From IMG/VR virus record IMGVR_UViG_3300044983_000019, positions 1-40,014 of that record: a stretch of DNA of 40,014 nucleotides. The stretch is one strand, 5' to 3'. Below the pieces are notes generated by a model. It was not told where the DNA came from and searched no databases. It saw only the letters and a program-made list of their open reading frames with translations. The position numbers were made by a program, and so were the translations under genes. This document shows positions 26,378 to 35,297 of the stretch, in pieces. Position 1 is the first letter of the stretch; the number at the start of each line of letters is the position of its first letter. The DNA is from a virus (Duplodnaviria > Caudoviricetes).

Positions 26378-26388
26378 TTAATTGCCTT

Positions 26389-26808
26389 TCATTGAGGAGT
26401 GCACGTTATACGTAGGGAGAACATATATCGGGGAGAATCAGTATCTTTATCGGGTAGTCTGTAGACGCCGGTTTCAGTCTTGACATCTATTAGACGAACT
26501 CCGAAGCCAACATAAGCTCCCATTGCGCGGCATAGAACCGCTTGTGCTACCTGAGCAATATTGTGTGCTTCCGGCCTGGTATTTCCAAAGCACATAAAGT
26601 CGACCCTAGACTTATCAGCCTTCTTGGGCCAAGGAAGGGCTCCACCCTCCCTAACAACCTGAATCCACTTCTTACCTCGTCTGTAGTCCTTGAGGTTTGA
26701 ACTGATGCCATCGAGAGTTAACGCCTGGATCTCTGTAGCATTCTTCAGGATGTCAAGACACGCACCTTCGATGTCGCCATGGACAATCAGTGGCCATTCA
26801 CTTGTCAT
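26389..26808 (-). CDS. tail terminator
   Basis: Position; REGG, LPD.DT..PRY motifs. Confidence 0.75.
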   Translation of the reverse strand: MTSEWPLIVHGDIEGACLDILKNATEIQALTLDGISSNLKDYRRGKKWIQVVREGGALPWPKKADKSRVDFMCFGNTRPEAHNIAQVAQAVLCRAMGAYVGFGVRLIDVKTETGVYRLPDKDTDSPRYMFSLRITCTPQ

Positions 26809-27125
26809 GCTTGACCCTTACTGTCTAAGGCACGTCTAAGCGGTGCATATTTGATGTAGGTGTCTCCACCGCCGGGGTGAGTACCTAGCTCGATCAGCAC
26901 GAAATCTGGGTCAGAGTTACCAACGATGAATGAGTCACCACGCTCTTCGACGTAGAACGACTCTGCCATCACTGGCGTAGTAGCAGGTTCATTGTGCTTA
27001 ACCCGCGCCCTCAGATTACGTGCAGCTTCTTCAGCAACGTCTTGAGCTTGCTTCTTCAGCTTGTCTTTGACAGCATCAGTCTTGAGGAACTTCTTGACAC
27101 CATCTGCGTCTACATTGACACGCAT
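26805..27125 (-). CDS. HK97 gp10-like neck protein
   Basis: IELGT...YAPLRRAL motif. Confidence 0.7.
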   Translation of the reverse strand: MRVNVDADGVKKFLKTDAVKDKLKKQAQDVAEEAARNLRARVKHNEPATTPVMAESFYVEERGDSFIVGNSDPDFVLIELGTHPGGGDTYIKYAPLRRALDSKGQA

Positions 27126-27493
27126 TAGCCTCGCCTCAATCTGATCAGAAACTCCGTGTGGTCATCATAGGCGGATAGATCCTGCCAATAGCCAGCAAAA
27201 CCATAAACCTCATAGACGTTACCTCTCCAGAGAATCCACTGATCGTAGTTAATCTCAGGATTACCTGGAGTGTAAACTCGGAATGTAGTAGATGCAAAGA
27301 ATCGATCCTTGTTGTCTTCCTGCTGGAGTTTGTCAGCAAGCAGGAATGGCTGGACTGAGCAACCGACTATTGTCGCAACCAAGTCTGCATTAGCGACATC
27401 TAGCTCCATGGCAACTGAGACCGAACCATCAGAGTCAGTAGTTTCCTTAGGCTGATAAATCTTGATAGTCTCACTGCCAAGTAGCATGGTCAC
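27125..27493 (-). CDS. head-to-tail stopper
   Basis: GCSVQP, WRGNVYEVYG, C-terminal LRRG. Confidence 0.75.
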   Translation of the reverse strand: MTMLLGSETIKIYQPKETTDSDGSVSVAMELDVANADLVATIVGCSVQPFLLADKLQQEDNKDRFFASTTFRVYTPGNPEINYDQWILWRGNVYEVYGFAGYWQDLSAYDDHTEFLIRLRRG

Positions 27494-28089
27494 AACCAGT
27501 TCAGGGGGAAGGTCGGTGGGAAGTACATCGGACCAGTTCTGATCGTTCTGTTGCTTGCCTGGAAGCGATAGCTCTCCAGTGCGCTCTCCATCAGGCTTGA
27601 GACAGAGATCTTGAGATCTCCACTTGCACCAGTCTGGACTGAGTACGTGTACTCGACATCACCGACACGCTTCTTCTGAAGCTCACCAGGAGCGAGTAGC
27701 GCAAGACCAAGACCGTCAGACACAAGAGCAGTCACGATAGAAGCAATATCTACTGGAGTGTTCTCCCAGCCATACGTGTAGTTGACTTGCACTACCTCGC
27801 TAGGACAGAGACCATAGATAGTGAACATTCCATCGAATGCCCATGAGACAGGAACCGTGTTCGTCCTGACGTTGATGATCGTATTGACTGCATCAATGTC
27901 GTTGAAGATGATCAGGCCATATGAGTCTGCCTGTCTCGTCACTGTCTCGGTGACAGTCCTACCAAATACCTGACCGGTATATGACTCTACGAAACTTGAG
28001 ACTGCATTGATCATGAACTGTGCCCGAGGAACATCGGTAATAGTTTGACCAGTCGCATCCTCAAGATCTGAAATACTTATGATGCCCAT
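27490..28089 (-). CDS. head-to-tail adaptor
   Basis: VNYTYGW..TP.DI, VGDVEYTY, LESYR. Confidence 0.75.
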   Translation of the reverse strand: MGIISISDLEDATGQTITDVPRAQFMINAVSSFVESYTGQVFGRTVTETVTRQADSYGLIIFNDIDAVNTIINVRTNTVPVSWAFDGMFTIYGLCPSEVVQVNYTYGWENTPVDIASIVTALVSDGLGLALLAPGELQKKRVGDVEYTYSVQTGASGDLKISVSSLMESALESYRFQASNRTIRTGPMYFPPTFPLNWL

Positions 28090-29147
28090 AGCTTTACCAT
28101 TCCTTCTAGGCGCGTTTCAAGAAGCCGCAAGTTAGTGTAGGTGTTGGCACTCAATTGCCGAGCCCTTGACTGAGCCTCTTTTGCACAGTAGTCATAGTCA
28201 CTGAGGACGTACCGAAGAGCCTTCTCCCAGTCTTCTATCGTCGAGTAATCCCCTGCCTCTACAGGACTGACGTATCCTGCTGCGTTTCCGAGGGCTTCAA
28301 CCAAACCGGGAGTTGAGCTGACGACAGACGGAATCCCTGCGCAAGCTGCTTCCACAGCGACTCTTCCGTAGCTCTCGTATGTACTAGGCATAAGTACCAC
28401 AGAAGTCTTCTTGAAAACTGTTCGCATGTCTTGGACGTGTTCATGCTTAGTCACATTCGGTAGATCGACGAACCTCTGCTTCGAGGGTTGATAACCACCT
28501 ACGACAGCCAAGAACCCAAGATCAGGACAACGTCTAGCCAGCTCATAGAAGATGTGCTGACCTTTATTATCGCAAGGGTTGACAAGAGTGATGAATCCAG
28601 TTCCTCGTTCGACCCACTGGGATTCGATAGCGTAGTCATGGAGGTGAATTGGAGGAGGCAGGATGAATGACTCCCACTTGGTCTGGCGTCTTACCTGGAG
28701 TGATACTCGACCTTTCTCCGACCAATAGTGGGTCATCGGACCTTTCTTCAAGGTCTCGTGGTACTCAGATACCCATTCACTGTTGTAGATCGCAAGGTCT
28801 ACACCATAGGCTAGGAAGCCTTCTGTGTACTCATTCGTGTTGTGGACTATCTGAACAAGAGGCTTCTTGAACCTGCTTGCAAGACTCTGTGCTAGAGGTG
28901 TGCCGTCTAGGTGCGTGATAATGAAATCGCACTCTCTTACGGCTGCTTCCATAGCAGTGTGATCTGTCGTCATCTGACTGACGTTGACACCCTGAACTTC
29001 TACTCGCTTTGTCTTCGCGTTCAGAAAAACGTCTACCTGATGGCCTTGTTCTACGAGGAACTTCAAGGTATCGTGTAGGTAGGTCTCTGCGCCGCCAGCA
29101 GGGGTCACGCCAACATAAGCCTTGGCTACGATACAAGCGATACGCAT
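28077..29147 (-). CDS. GT-B fold glycosyltransferase (GT4-like)
   Basis: GGAETY, YNSEW, NKG, LMPSTYESYGRVAVEAACAGIP (E-x7-E). Confidence 0.9.
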   Translation of the reverse strand: MRIACIVAKAYVGVTPAGGAETYLHDTLKFLVEQGHQVDVFLNAKTKRVEVQGVNVSQMTTDHTAMEAAVRECDFIITHLDGTPLAQSLASRFKKPLVQIVHNTNEYTEGFLAYGVDLAIYNSEWVSEYHETLKKGPMTHYWSEKGRVSLQVRRQTKWESFILPPPIHLHDYAIESQWVERGTGFITLVNPCDNKGQHIFYELARRCPDLGFLAVVGGYQPSKQRFVDLPNVTKHEHVQDMRTVFKKTSVVLMPSTYESYGRVAVEAACAGIPSVVSSTPGLVEALGNAAGYVSPVEAGDYSTIEDWEKALRYVLSDYDYCAKEAQSRARQLSANTYTNLRLLETRLEGMVKLWAS

Positions 29148-29165
29148 TAAGAATCCTAAAGATAG

Positions 29166-29196
29166 AAGAGGGAGGGCAGAAGCCCTCCCTCTTTTT
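29166..29196. terminator. hairpin/terminator between capsid and glycosyltransferase genes
   Basis: AAGAGGGAGGGC-AGAA-GCCCTCCCTCTT followed by TTT on +; only a broken U-tract on the coding (-) strand. Confidence 0.7.
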
Positions 29197-29198
29197 GA

Positions 29199-30209
29199 TC
29201 AGCTAGAGGCGTTTGCCGGACGCAGGACTGCGAACGGGAACGTACCGCCAAGAACCTTGACATGGTTCGGGACCGCATACCCGAGACGCATAACGGCACG
29301 GAGAACCTTACCGTCTTGCTGCATCGGGTTGTAGATCAGGTTACCAGAGGTGTCAAAGATCGGAGCCTGGTCGAAGACCTGGAAAGTGATATCCTGACGG
29401 ATACCGATAACCAGCTTCTCCCAGTCACCAGTGATGAGAGTAGCCTCGGTCTTATCGAAGCCACCGTTAGTGACCATCTTCAGCGGACGACCATACAGGG
29501 AGAAATTGCCGTCAAGCTGGTTCAGGATCGGGTTACCGTTAGCATCACGCTGACGGAGCAGACGCCAGTCAAAGGCCGGACCTGAGGCAAAGCCATTCAC
29601 GTCATAACCCTTGTTGGCCATCAGCTCACCAAGAGCAGCGATGTCGAGAGCCAGGTCGTTGCCTGAGGCTCCCCACGTGCCCTCAGAGGTGCCGTCACCC
29701 TCGGTCAGGGTGTTACCAGCAGCTACCGCAGCCTGAGTCAGGCCGAGACCGAACGTGGCCGGGACGTTGCCGTCACCGAACAGGATCGCAAGGTCGATCT
29801 TCTTCGCGAACGCGCGCCGGATCTCACTCTTGATCTCTTCCCACGCTAGGTCAGAGTCGTCCATCCACGCGTCCGGAACCGGAACGAGGACCGCGATCTC
29901 TTCGGGGGTCAGATAGACGTTATCCCATTCGAGCTTAGTCGTCTGCTTCATAGCAGAGTCCTTCGCAGCCTGAGAACCGTCACCAGCGCCACCAGGAGCG
30001 TCGGTAACACCGTTCAGCCAGAAAGCGTCCGCGAACGCCTTCAGGACTCTCATACGGTGCTTATATGCGGGCATGCGGAAGGTCTTGCCGAGCTGTAGCG
30101 CGGCTGAGTCCTCCACAACATCCTTGAGAATATCTTTCGCGACCGTCTCCGGAATCTCTCTCGCTGTGCGAGAGGTGCCAGAGCGTTCGACGCGATCGTT
30201 GTACGCCAT
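29199..30209 (-). CDS. major capsid protein (HK97 fold)
   Basis: EEIAVLVPVP, IDLAILFG, GDW..LVIGIRQDIT, QQD..LRAVMRLGY; ends ANASS. Confidence 0.92.
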   Translation of the reverse strand: MAYNDRVERSGTSRTAREIPETVAKDILKDVVEDSAALQLGKTFRMPAYKHRMRVLKAFADAFWLNGVTDAPGGAGDGSQAAKDSAMKQTTKLEWDNVYLTPEEIAVLVPVPDAWMDDSDLAWEEIKSEIRRAFAKKIDLAILFGDGNVPATFGLGLTQAAVAAGNTLTEGDGTSEGTWGASGNDLALDIAALGELMANKGYDVNGFASGPAFDWRLLRQRDANGNPILNQLDGNFSLYGRPLKMVTNGGFDKTEATLITGDWEKLVIGIRQDITFQVFDQAPIFDTSGNLIYNPMQQDGKVLRAVMRLGYAVPNHVKVLGGTFPFAVLRPANASS

Positions 30210-30228
30210 TACTCTCCTTTAGAGAAGA

Positions 30229-30723
30229 TTAGCTCTTAAGCCACATGTCTTTGAGCCAATCAGTGCCTTGTTTTGATCCGACGGGCTTACCACGCTCACC
30301 AGCGTGACCAGCTCCCGGTGCGCTTGACTTGGGATACTTAGCCGCCATCAGCTTTGCATCTTCGATCATTTCTTCGATAGTGTCCCCACGAACTCTATCC
30401 GCGAGGTCTAGATCAAGGTCGGCCTTCTTAGCTGCCTCAGTCTGGAGTCTTGAGCGCCGTTCTCTAGTAAGCTCTGTTTCAAGCTCTTTTAGTTTGTCGT
30501 TTGCGCGATCCAGCTCAGACTTCTGGGAATCCTTCCAGGCATTGAATTCCTGAAGTTCGTCCTTAACCTTCTGCTTCTCGACTCGATGCTTAGCTGCTTC
30601 CTTGCGAAGATCGCTGATTTCCTTTTCATAGGAATCAGGAGTTCTAGAGGACTTAGCTTCGTTTTCCCCACCGTTGTCATTGCCAGCTTCAAGCTGGTCA
30701 TCCACGATGTTCTCGTCAGGCAT
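30229..30723 (-). CDS. capsid scaffolding protein
   Basis: LRKEAAKHR, coiled coil, RVRGDTIEEMIEDAK. Confidence 0.85.
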   Translation of the reverse strand: MPDENIVDDQLEAGNDNGGENEAKSSRTPDSYEKEISDLRKEAAKHRVEKQKVKDELQEFNAWKDSQKSELDRANDKLKELETELTRERRSRLQTEAAKKADLDLDLADRVRGDTIEEMIEDAKLMAAKYPKSSAPGAGHAGERGKPVGSKQGTDWLKDMWLKS

Positions 30724-30750
30724 GTCTTACTCCTTTGGTCACCAGGACCG

Positions 30751-32217
30751 TCAGCTCGTCCCACTTGGAGAGCTAGGTTTGTTTTGAGCCGCTGCCTTCT
30801 GTACTGTGACAGCGGAGCTTGTTTGCATATCCATCTTCTGCTGCTCTTGAGCCATGTTCTCTTGCTTGATCCGTTCCATCTCTTTCATCGCGAACTCGAT
30901 CTCTGTCGAAGAGAATCCAGCACGATCCAGAATGAGCTGAGGCGGAAGTTGAGCTGCAGCAAACTTAGCTACCATGTCGGCCACTTCAGCAAGACTTCTG
31001 ATCTCAGGGTCGGCCCAAAGGGTCTCTGCATAGATCTCGTCTGCCTTAGCATTGCCTTGATAGCGGAAGCAAAGCTTGATGATTCTCTCAAAGAACCATC
31101 CCATTGCTTTCATACGCAAGCGCGTCTTAGAGACAAGAGAAGCCTGCGCCGAGGTTAGAGCTTCACCAGATACATTTACCATTCGGTTAGTCAGGTATGT
31201 AACTGGAGTCTGTGTAATCGCAGCGAAGTCCCCGACGTCATCTCTGGTAGCTTCTAGGAGCTGCTGAATATCAGCCTGCTCGAAGTCACCAAACTTAGCG
31301 TCGGCTGCTTCTACAGCCCACACTCTGTCAGAGCCAGGATCAAACTGAGGAGCGATGTCGCCCTTCTTGGTCTTATTGACCTTACTACCAGTCATCCAAC
31401 GCTGGCGATAAGCCTGGTTGTAGGCAATCGCTAGTCTGGACAGGACTACGAAGTTGATCCGATCCTGAACGTCTAGAGCACCGTTCTCACACTCAGCGAG
31501 CGAGATAGGTCCGTGATCAGGCTGCCATTGACCTCTAACGAGGAACACCTCGCCGATCTCGTTAGGCTCTACACTGACCAGTTCAAATCCTGCCGCTGAT
31601 GGACCATGAGACAAGTTATTGCATAGCTGAGCTGAATCCTCAGGGATGCTAGTTGCCAGAGGGCCTTCGTATGTGTAGACGGCATCCGGAAGGATGATGA
31701 GGGCTATCACATGACCCGTCAGGCAATCCTCGTAGAACTTCAACCCAGCTAGTGCAGCCATAGGCCTGATCGGATCAGGCTCAGTAATACACTGCCGAGG
31801 GTCTTCGATCGTGATCCTAGGGATCTTGTTAGGATCGTTAGGGTCTGGAGGAAGGACCATTCCATACGGCTCACCGAATGTCGCAGCATCATTGATCGCT
31901 ACAGACGACTGTAGATCCATGTGATTTGACTGCCAGAACTCACGAGCATCGGTATCTACGTTCTCAGCATCACCAAACTTGAAATCCTTGACCCTCATAC
32001 GCTCAGTTACTGCTCTAATAGCCAAGCCGACATAATTCGTCTGACTCATGACCATCAGTTCTCGCAGGAACTTGGCATATCTCTGATCACCAGGCGGAAG
32101 TGGGTGATGACCGGCAGCATAGTTGTAGAGCTTTTGGTATCTATTCTGTCTCGTCATGAGACGCTCGATCAGGCGGTGCAACCACCAATCAGGTGTACCG
32201 ATCTCTAGATTAGACAT
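30751..32217 (-). CDS. portal protein (SPP1 gp6-like)
   Basis: YAAGHH, TNYVGL, QDRIN, AYRQRW, NVSGEAL, WADPE. Confidence 0.9.
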   Translation of the reverse strand: MSNLEIGTPDWWLHRLIERLMTRQNRYQKLYNYAAGHHPLPPGDQRYAKFLRELMVMSQTNYVGLAIRAVTERMRVKDFKFGDAENVDTDAREFWQSNHMDLQSSVAINDAATFGEPYGMVLPPDPNDPNKIPRITIEDPRQCITEPDPIRPMAALAGLKFYEDCLTGHVIALIILPDAVYTYEGPLATSIPEDSAQLCNNLSHGPSAAGFELVSVEPNEIGEVFLVRGQWQPDHGPISLAECENGALDVQDRINFVVLSRLAIAYNQAYRQRWMTGSKVNKTKKGDIAPQFDPGSDRVWAVEAADAKFGDFEQADIQQLLEATRDDVGDFAAITQTPVTYLTNRMVNVSGEALTSAQASLVSKTRLRMKAMGWFFERIIKLCFRYQGNAKADEIYAETLWADPEIRSLAEVADMVAKFAAAQLPPQLILDRAGFSSTEIEFAMKEMERIKQENMAQEQQKMDMQTSSAVTVQKAAAQNKPSSPSGTS

Positions 32218-32226
32218 TGCACCTCC

Positions 32227-33822
32227 TTAGAACGAATAAACTTCACGTGAGGGCTCTTCTCGTAAGGCACCAGCTTCAATAGCAGCCTGTGCAGCCTCAT
32301 ATGCGATTACCGCAGCTTCAGCAGCCACGATATAGCGTTGGGATTTCGCTGTCTCTTGTCTCAGGACAAGTCCTTGAGGGATCTCATCCGTGAAACAGTT
32401 AGCGATGTGTCGCGCCAGATCTTCGTTTCCGTCATGGCTTAGACGCTTCTCATGGACAGCAGTCTCAAACTGCTCAATCGCTAGAGCCATCTTGGCCTTA
32501 TTCGTCGTCAGGAACTCTTTGACATCGATAGGATTGTCTGAGTCCTCATCGTGATCTACATACCACCTGGCAACAATATCTTGATAGCCTCGGTGATCCG
32601 CGAATAGGGCAACGACGTTATACTTCTTTAGATACTTTCGGACCTTACGGTCTACCTCACCAGCATTGACCTCGTAGGTCTTCTGTTTGCCTTGAGGAGC
32701 TTCCCAGATGTCCAGTAGGAACAGTGCACCATCTTCGAGCCTTGTGGCTACGATTGCAGTACACGACCTCTTGCCTCGGAAGCCAAGGGAGATCTTGTCC
32801 GTCTTGCTCAGATAAGTGTTGCTCTCTGCGTTGGTCCAGATCTCCTTCTTGATCCACATAGCGAGCGTAGTACACATCTCGTTGAAGAAGAATCGCCTAG
32901 CATCGACTTCCCTCATCTGAGGGTCATTGATGTCTCTCCAGACACGCTGAACTCTAATCCAGGGAGCATCCTTATACATGAACTCCAACGCTGGCATTGC
33001 TTCGTCAACATTGTAGATATCATGTACCTTGAGCAGAAGAGTGTCGAACAACAGACCGTGATCTTCTTCGATGCCGTTCTCTTCGTCTTCGAGGATCTGA
33101 GCATAGAAGTTGTGGGTTTCCTCTGCTACTGAACCCTCACCAGGGACAGGAGCGTTAGTAACCTCGATCAGGCGACCGTCAGTCTTCGTCAGACCTCGGT
33201 TGATCGTCGAGAAGAACTGAGGGCCTTGCTCGGCTGGGATCCAGTTCTGAGTCTCTTCGCAGATTGCGAACGTAGGCTTAGGGCCTTCATGACTTCGAAA
33301 CGAAGCTGTCAACGTCTGGATGCGCTTAGTATTGGACATCCCCTTGACGATGACTCGCGTCATGCCAATATCGAGGTTGTAGTACGCTTCAGCGGGACCT
33401 GACAAGAGGCCCATGATGTAGTGGTAAGTATGCTGTGAACCATCTTGAGAGATCGCAGTCAGCCAGACAATTGCATCCTCATGCTCTTTGCCGACAGGAT
33501 TGCCATCGTCATCGAAGTGAGAGAACTCAGTAGGGCCTAGGAACTCTGCACAAGCTATAGCAGCGACCATAGGAGACTTACCAGTCCCCTTAGCACGCTC
33601 ACGGTAAGCTCGACGATAGATCCAATTGCCCTCTTCGTCTACTGCATAGAACCAGAGAATGAATCGAGCCTGGTCAGGCTTGAAGACCCATCTGTCACCT
33701 TTGATACCACCAGCACTGTCAGGATTGACAAGGAAGTCAGAACACCACTCTAGGACACCCCAGCCTAGGGTTCTCTCTGGCAGACCCTCCGGGAGCCCCG
33801 TAGATAGAACCTCAAAGGACAT
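32227..33822 (-). CDS. terminase large subunit with atypical nuclease domain
   Basis: RTLGW, QARFILWFYAVD, Walker A RAKGTGKSP, Walker B AICEETQ, TNAP.PGEGSVAE, RRFFFN. Confidence 0.93.
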   Translation of the reverse strand: MSFEVLSTGLPEGLPERTLGWGVLEWCSDFLVNPDSAGGIKGDRWVFKPDQARFILWFYAVDEEGNWIYRRAYRERAKGTGKSPMVAAIACAEFLGPTEFSHFDDDGNPVGKEHEDAIVWLTAISQDGSQHTYHYIMGLLSGPAEAYYNLDIGMTRVIVKGMSNTKRIQTLTASFRSHEGPKPTFAICEETQNWIPAEQGPQFFSTINRGLTKTDGRLIEVTNAPVPGEGSVAEETHNFYAQILEDEENGIEEDHGLLFDTLLLKVHDIYNVDEAMPALEFMYKDAPWIRVQRVWRDINDPQMREVDARRFFFNEMCTTLAMWIKKEIWTNAESNTYLSKTDKISLGFRGKRSCTAIVATRLEDGALFLLDIWEAPQGKQKTYEVNAGEVDRKVRKYLKKYNVVALFADHRGYQDIVARWYVDHDEDSDNPIDVKEFLTTNKAKMALAIEQFETAVHEKRLSHDGNEDLARHIANCFTDEIPQGLVLRQETAKSQRYIVAAEAAVIAYEAAQAAIEAGALREEPSREVYSF

Positions 33823-33841
33823 ATTTGCTCCTAGATCAGGA

Positions 33842-34312
33842 TTACTCTACAGGAGGCTCCCTGAGCAACGCTGCATAGTCAATCTTCTGTTCGCCCTTCG
33901 CTTCAGGACGTGGTGCTTCATCATCGTAAGATGCGATGTCGATGTTCAGTCTGAGACGATCCTCGTTCGTATAGCCATACGGACTCATTCTCGTCCTGAT
34001 CTCTTTCGACAGGTTCGTCATCTCGGAAGGAGTCAGGCCTCTGTAGTAGCCTTCCTTGTCCTTACCGCCATTACCCCAAAGCTTGTTATGGAGTAGTGCA
34101 GCGATGTGGATATGCTCCCAGTCTGACTCTTCACAAAGCTGAGCGTTCGGCGAATATCTAAAGTCTTCGTACCAACGCTTAGTCTCTTCACACCAGTCAT
34201 ATTCCTCAGGGAGATCAGGACCACGCTTGAGTCCATCAGCCTCAAGTACATGCTGAAGGTATCTAGGCTTATTACGTCTCAGGCGCTCATCATCAGGCTT
34301 ACGGGCAACCAT
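33842..34312 (-). CDS. terminase small subunit
   Basis: RRNK, W...TKRWY, DW, EIRTR...G.T..DRLRL; TGATG coupling gives start 34312. Confidence 0.8.
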   Translation of the reverse strand: MVARKPDDERLRRNKPRYLQHVLEADGLKRGPDLPEEYDWCEETKRWYEDFRYSPNAQLCEESDWEHIHIAALLHNKLWGNGGKDKEGYYRGLTPSEMTNLSKEIRTRMSPYGYTNEDRLRLNIDIASYDDEAPRPEAKGEQKIDYAALLREPPVE

Positions 34313-35289
34313 CACATCACCTCCTCTATCCATCTCATCATCTTCTTTAGGCCGACTCCGAGAGATGTCTCATCTTTGCGGCCGAATAGGTTCTTGCATT
34401 TAGTCATGTCACAGTTACGTCCAAGGACACCTGTAGGAGCTACCTTGTTGTTCAGATTGAACTTGACTTCAGCATCGTACGCACCAGCATGATGTAGAGC
34501 CAGTCTGGCAACTTCGATGCACGATGCTGTGTATTCAGATCCGATCATCATCGGGCCAGGGTTGTAGCTCATGTTAGCGAGACTAAGGAGTCGATCAAGT
34601 GCATCATCAATGTAGAGATACGATCTCAACTGAGAGCCATCACCGAATAGCTCGATCTCGCCAGTCTCTCTCGCAGCGAGAGCCTTCCGGACTACCGCTG
34701 ACGGGAACTTCATCCTGATGCCCTCGTGCTCCTGGTACGGGCCATAGATGGTGTGGAAGATGGCCACACGGGCATCGAACGGTGCTCGCTCGCACATGTA
34801 CGCCCCGAAGCGCTTCTCAGCGCCATAGAGCTGATCTGGCGTGCCCCAATAGAGGTCCTTCTCGGACAGCTTGGGAGCATAGCCCTGTAGGTACTGGTGT
34901 TCCGTAGCGGCTGCGCAAGCTGACGAGGCATAGACAAGGCGAGTCCCCCGCTGACGTCCTATTGCCGCTAGGACGTTCTGTGTAATTCTGGCGTTGTAGA
35001 CTGCTGCTGTAAAGTCAGCGTTTGAGTGGAAGTACTCTACTCCACCCATATCTGCTGCTAGATGGAAGACGACCTCTGCGTTCTGCACTGCTTCTTCAGC
35101 ATGCGTAATATCTGTCAGGTCTGCGAAGTGCTGATCAGCACCTTCCCAGCATTCCTGTCGATATTTAGGCCAGTCTACATCTACAGCTACAACTTTGTAC
35201 TGATCCTGTTGAACCAGTCTCTTAACCAGATTACTACCAATAAAGCCGCCGCCCCCAAGGACGACGGCCAACGGCTTATAGTCACTCAC
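34312..35289 (-). CDS. NAD-dependent sugar epimerase, GDP-mannose 3,5-epimerase-like
   Basis: GGGGFIG, HLAADMGG, YASSAC, YGAEK (YxxxK), GDGSQLRSYLYIDD, PTGVLGRN; GTG at 35289 after GGGGGAG. Confidence 0.88.
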   Translation of the reverse strand: MSDYKPLAVVLGGGGFIGSNLVKRLVQQDQYKVVAVDVDWPKYRQECWEGADQHFADLTDITHAEEAVQNAEVVFHLAADMGGVEYFHSNADFTAAVYNARITQNVLAAIGRQRGTRLVYASSACAAATEHQYLQGYAPKLSEKDLYWGTPDQLYGAEKRFGAYMCERAPFDARVAIFHTIYGPYQEHEGIRMKFPSAVVRKALAARETGEIELFGDGSQLRSYLYIDDALDRLLSLANMSYNPGPMMIGSEYTASCIEVARLALHHAGAYDAEVKFNLNNKVAPTGVLGRNCDMTKCKNLFGRKDETSLGVGLKKMMRWIEEVM

Positions 35290-35297
35290 AACTCCCC

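Noticed and set aside
15885-31267. Numerous plus-strand ORFs antisense to structural genes (e.g. 15885-16364, 21970-22512, 30586-31158)
   Set aside because: Shadow ORFs with no SD or motifs, opposite well-supported genes.
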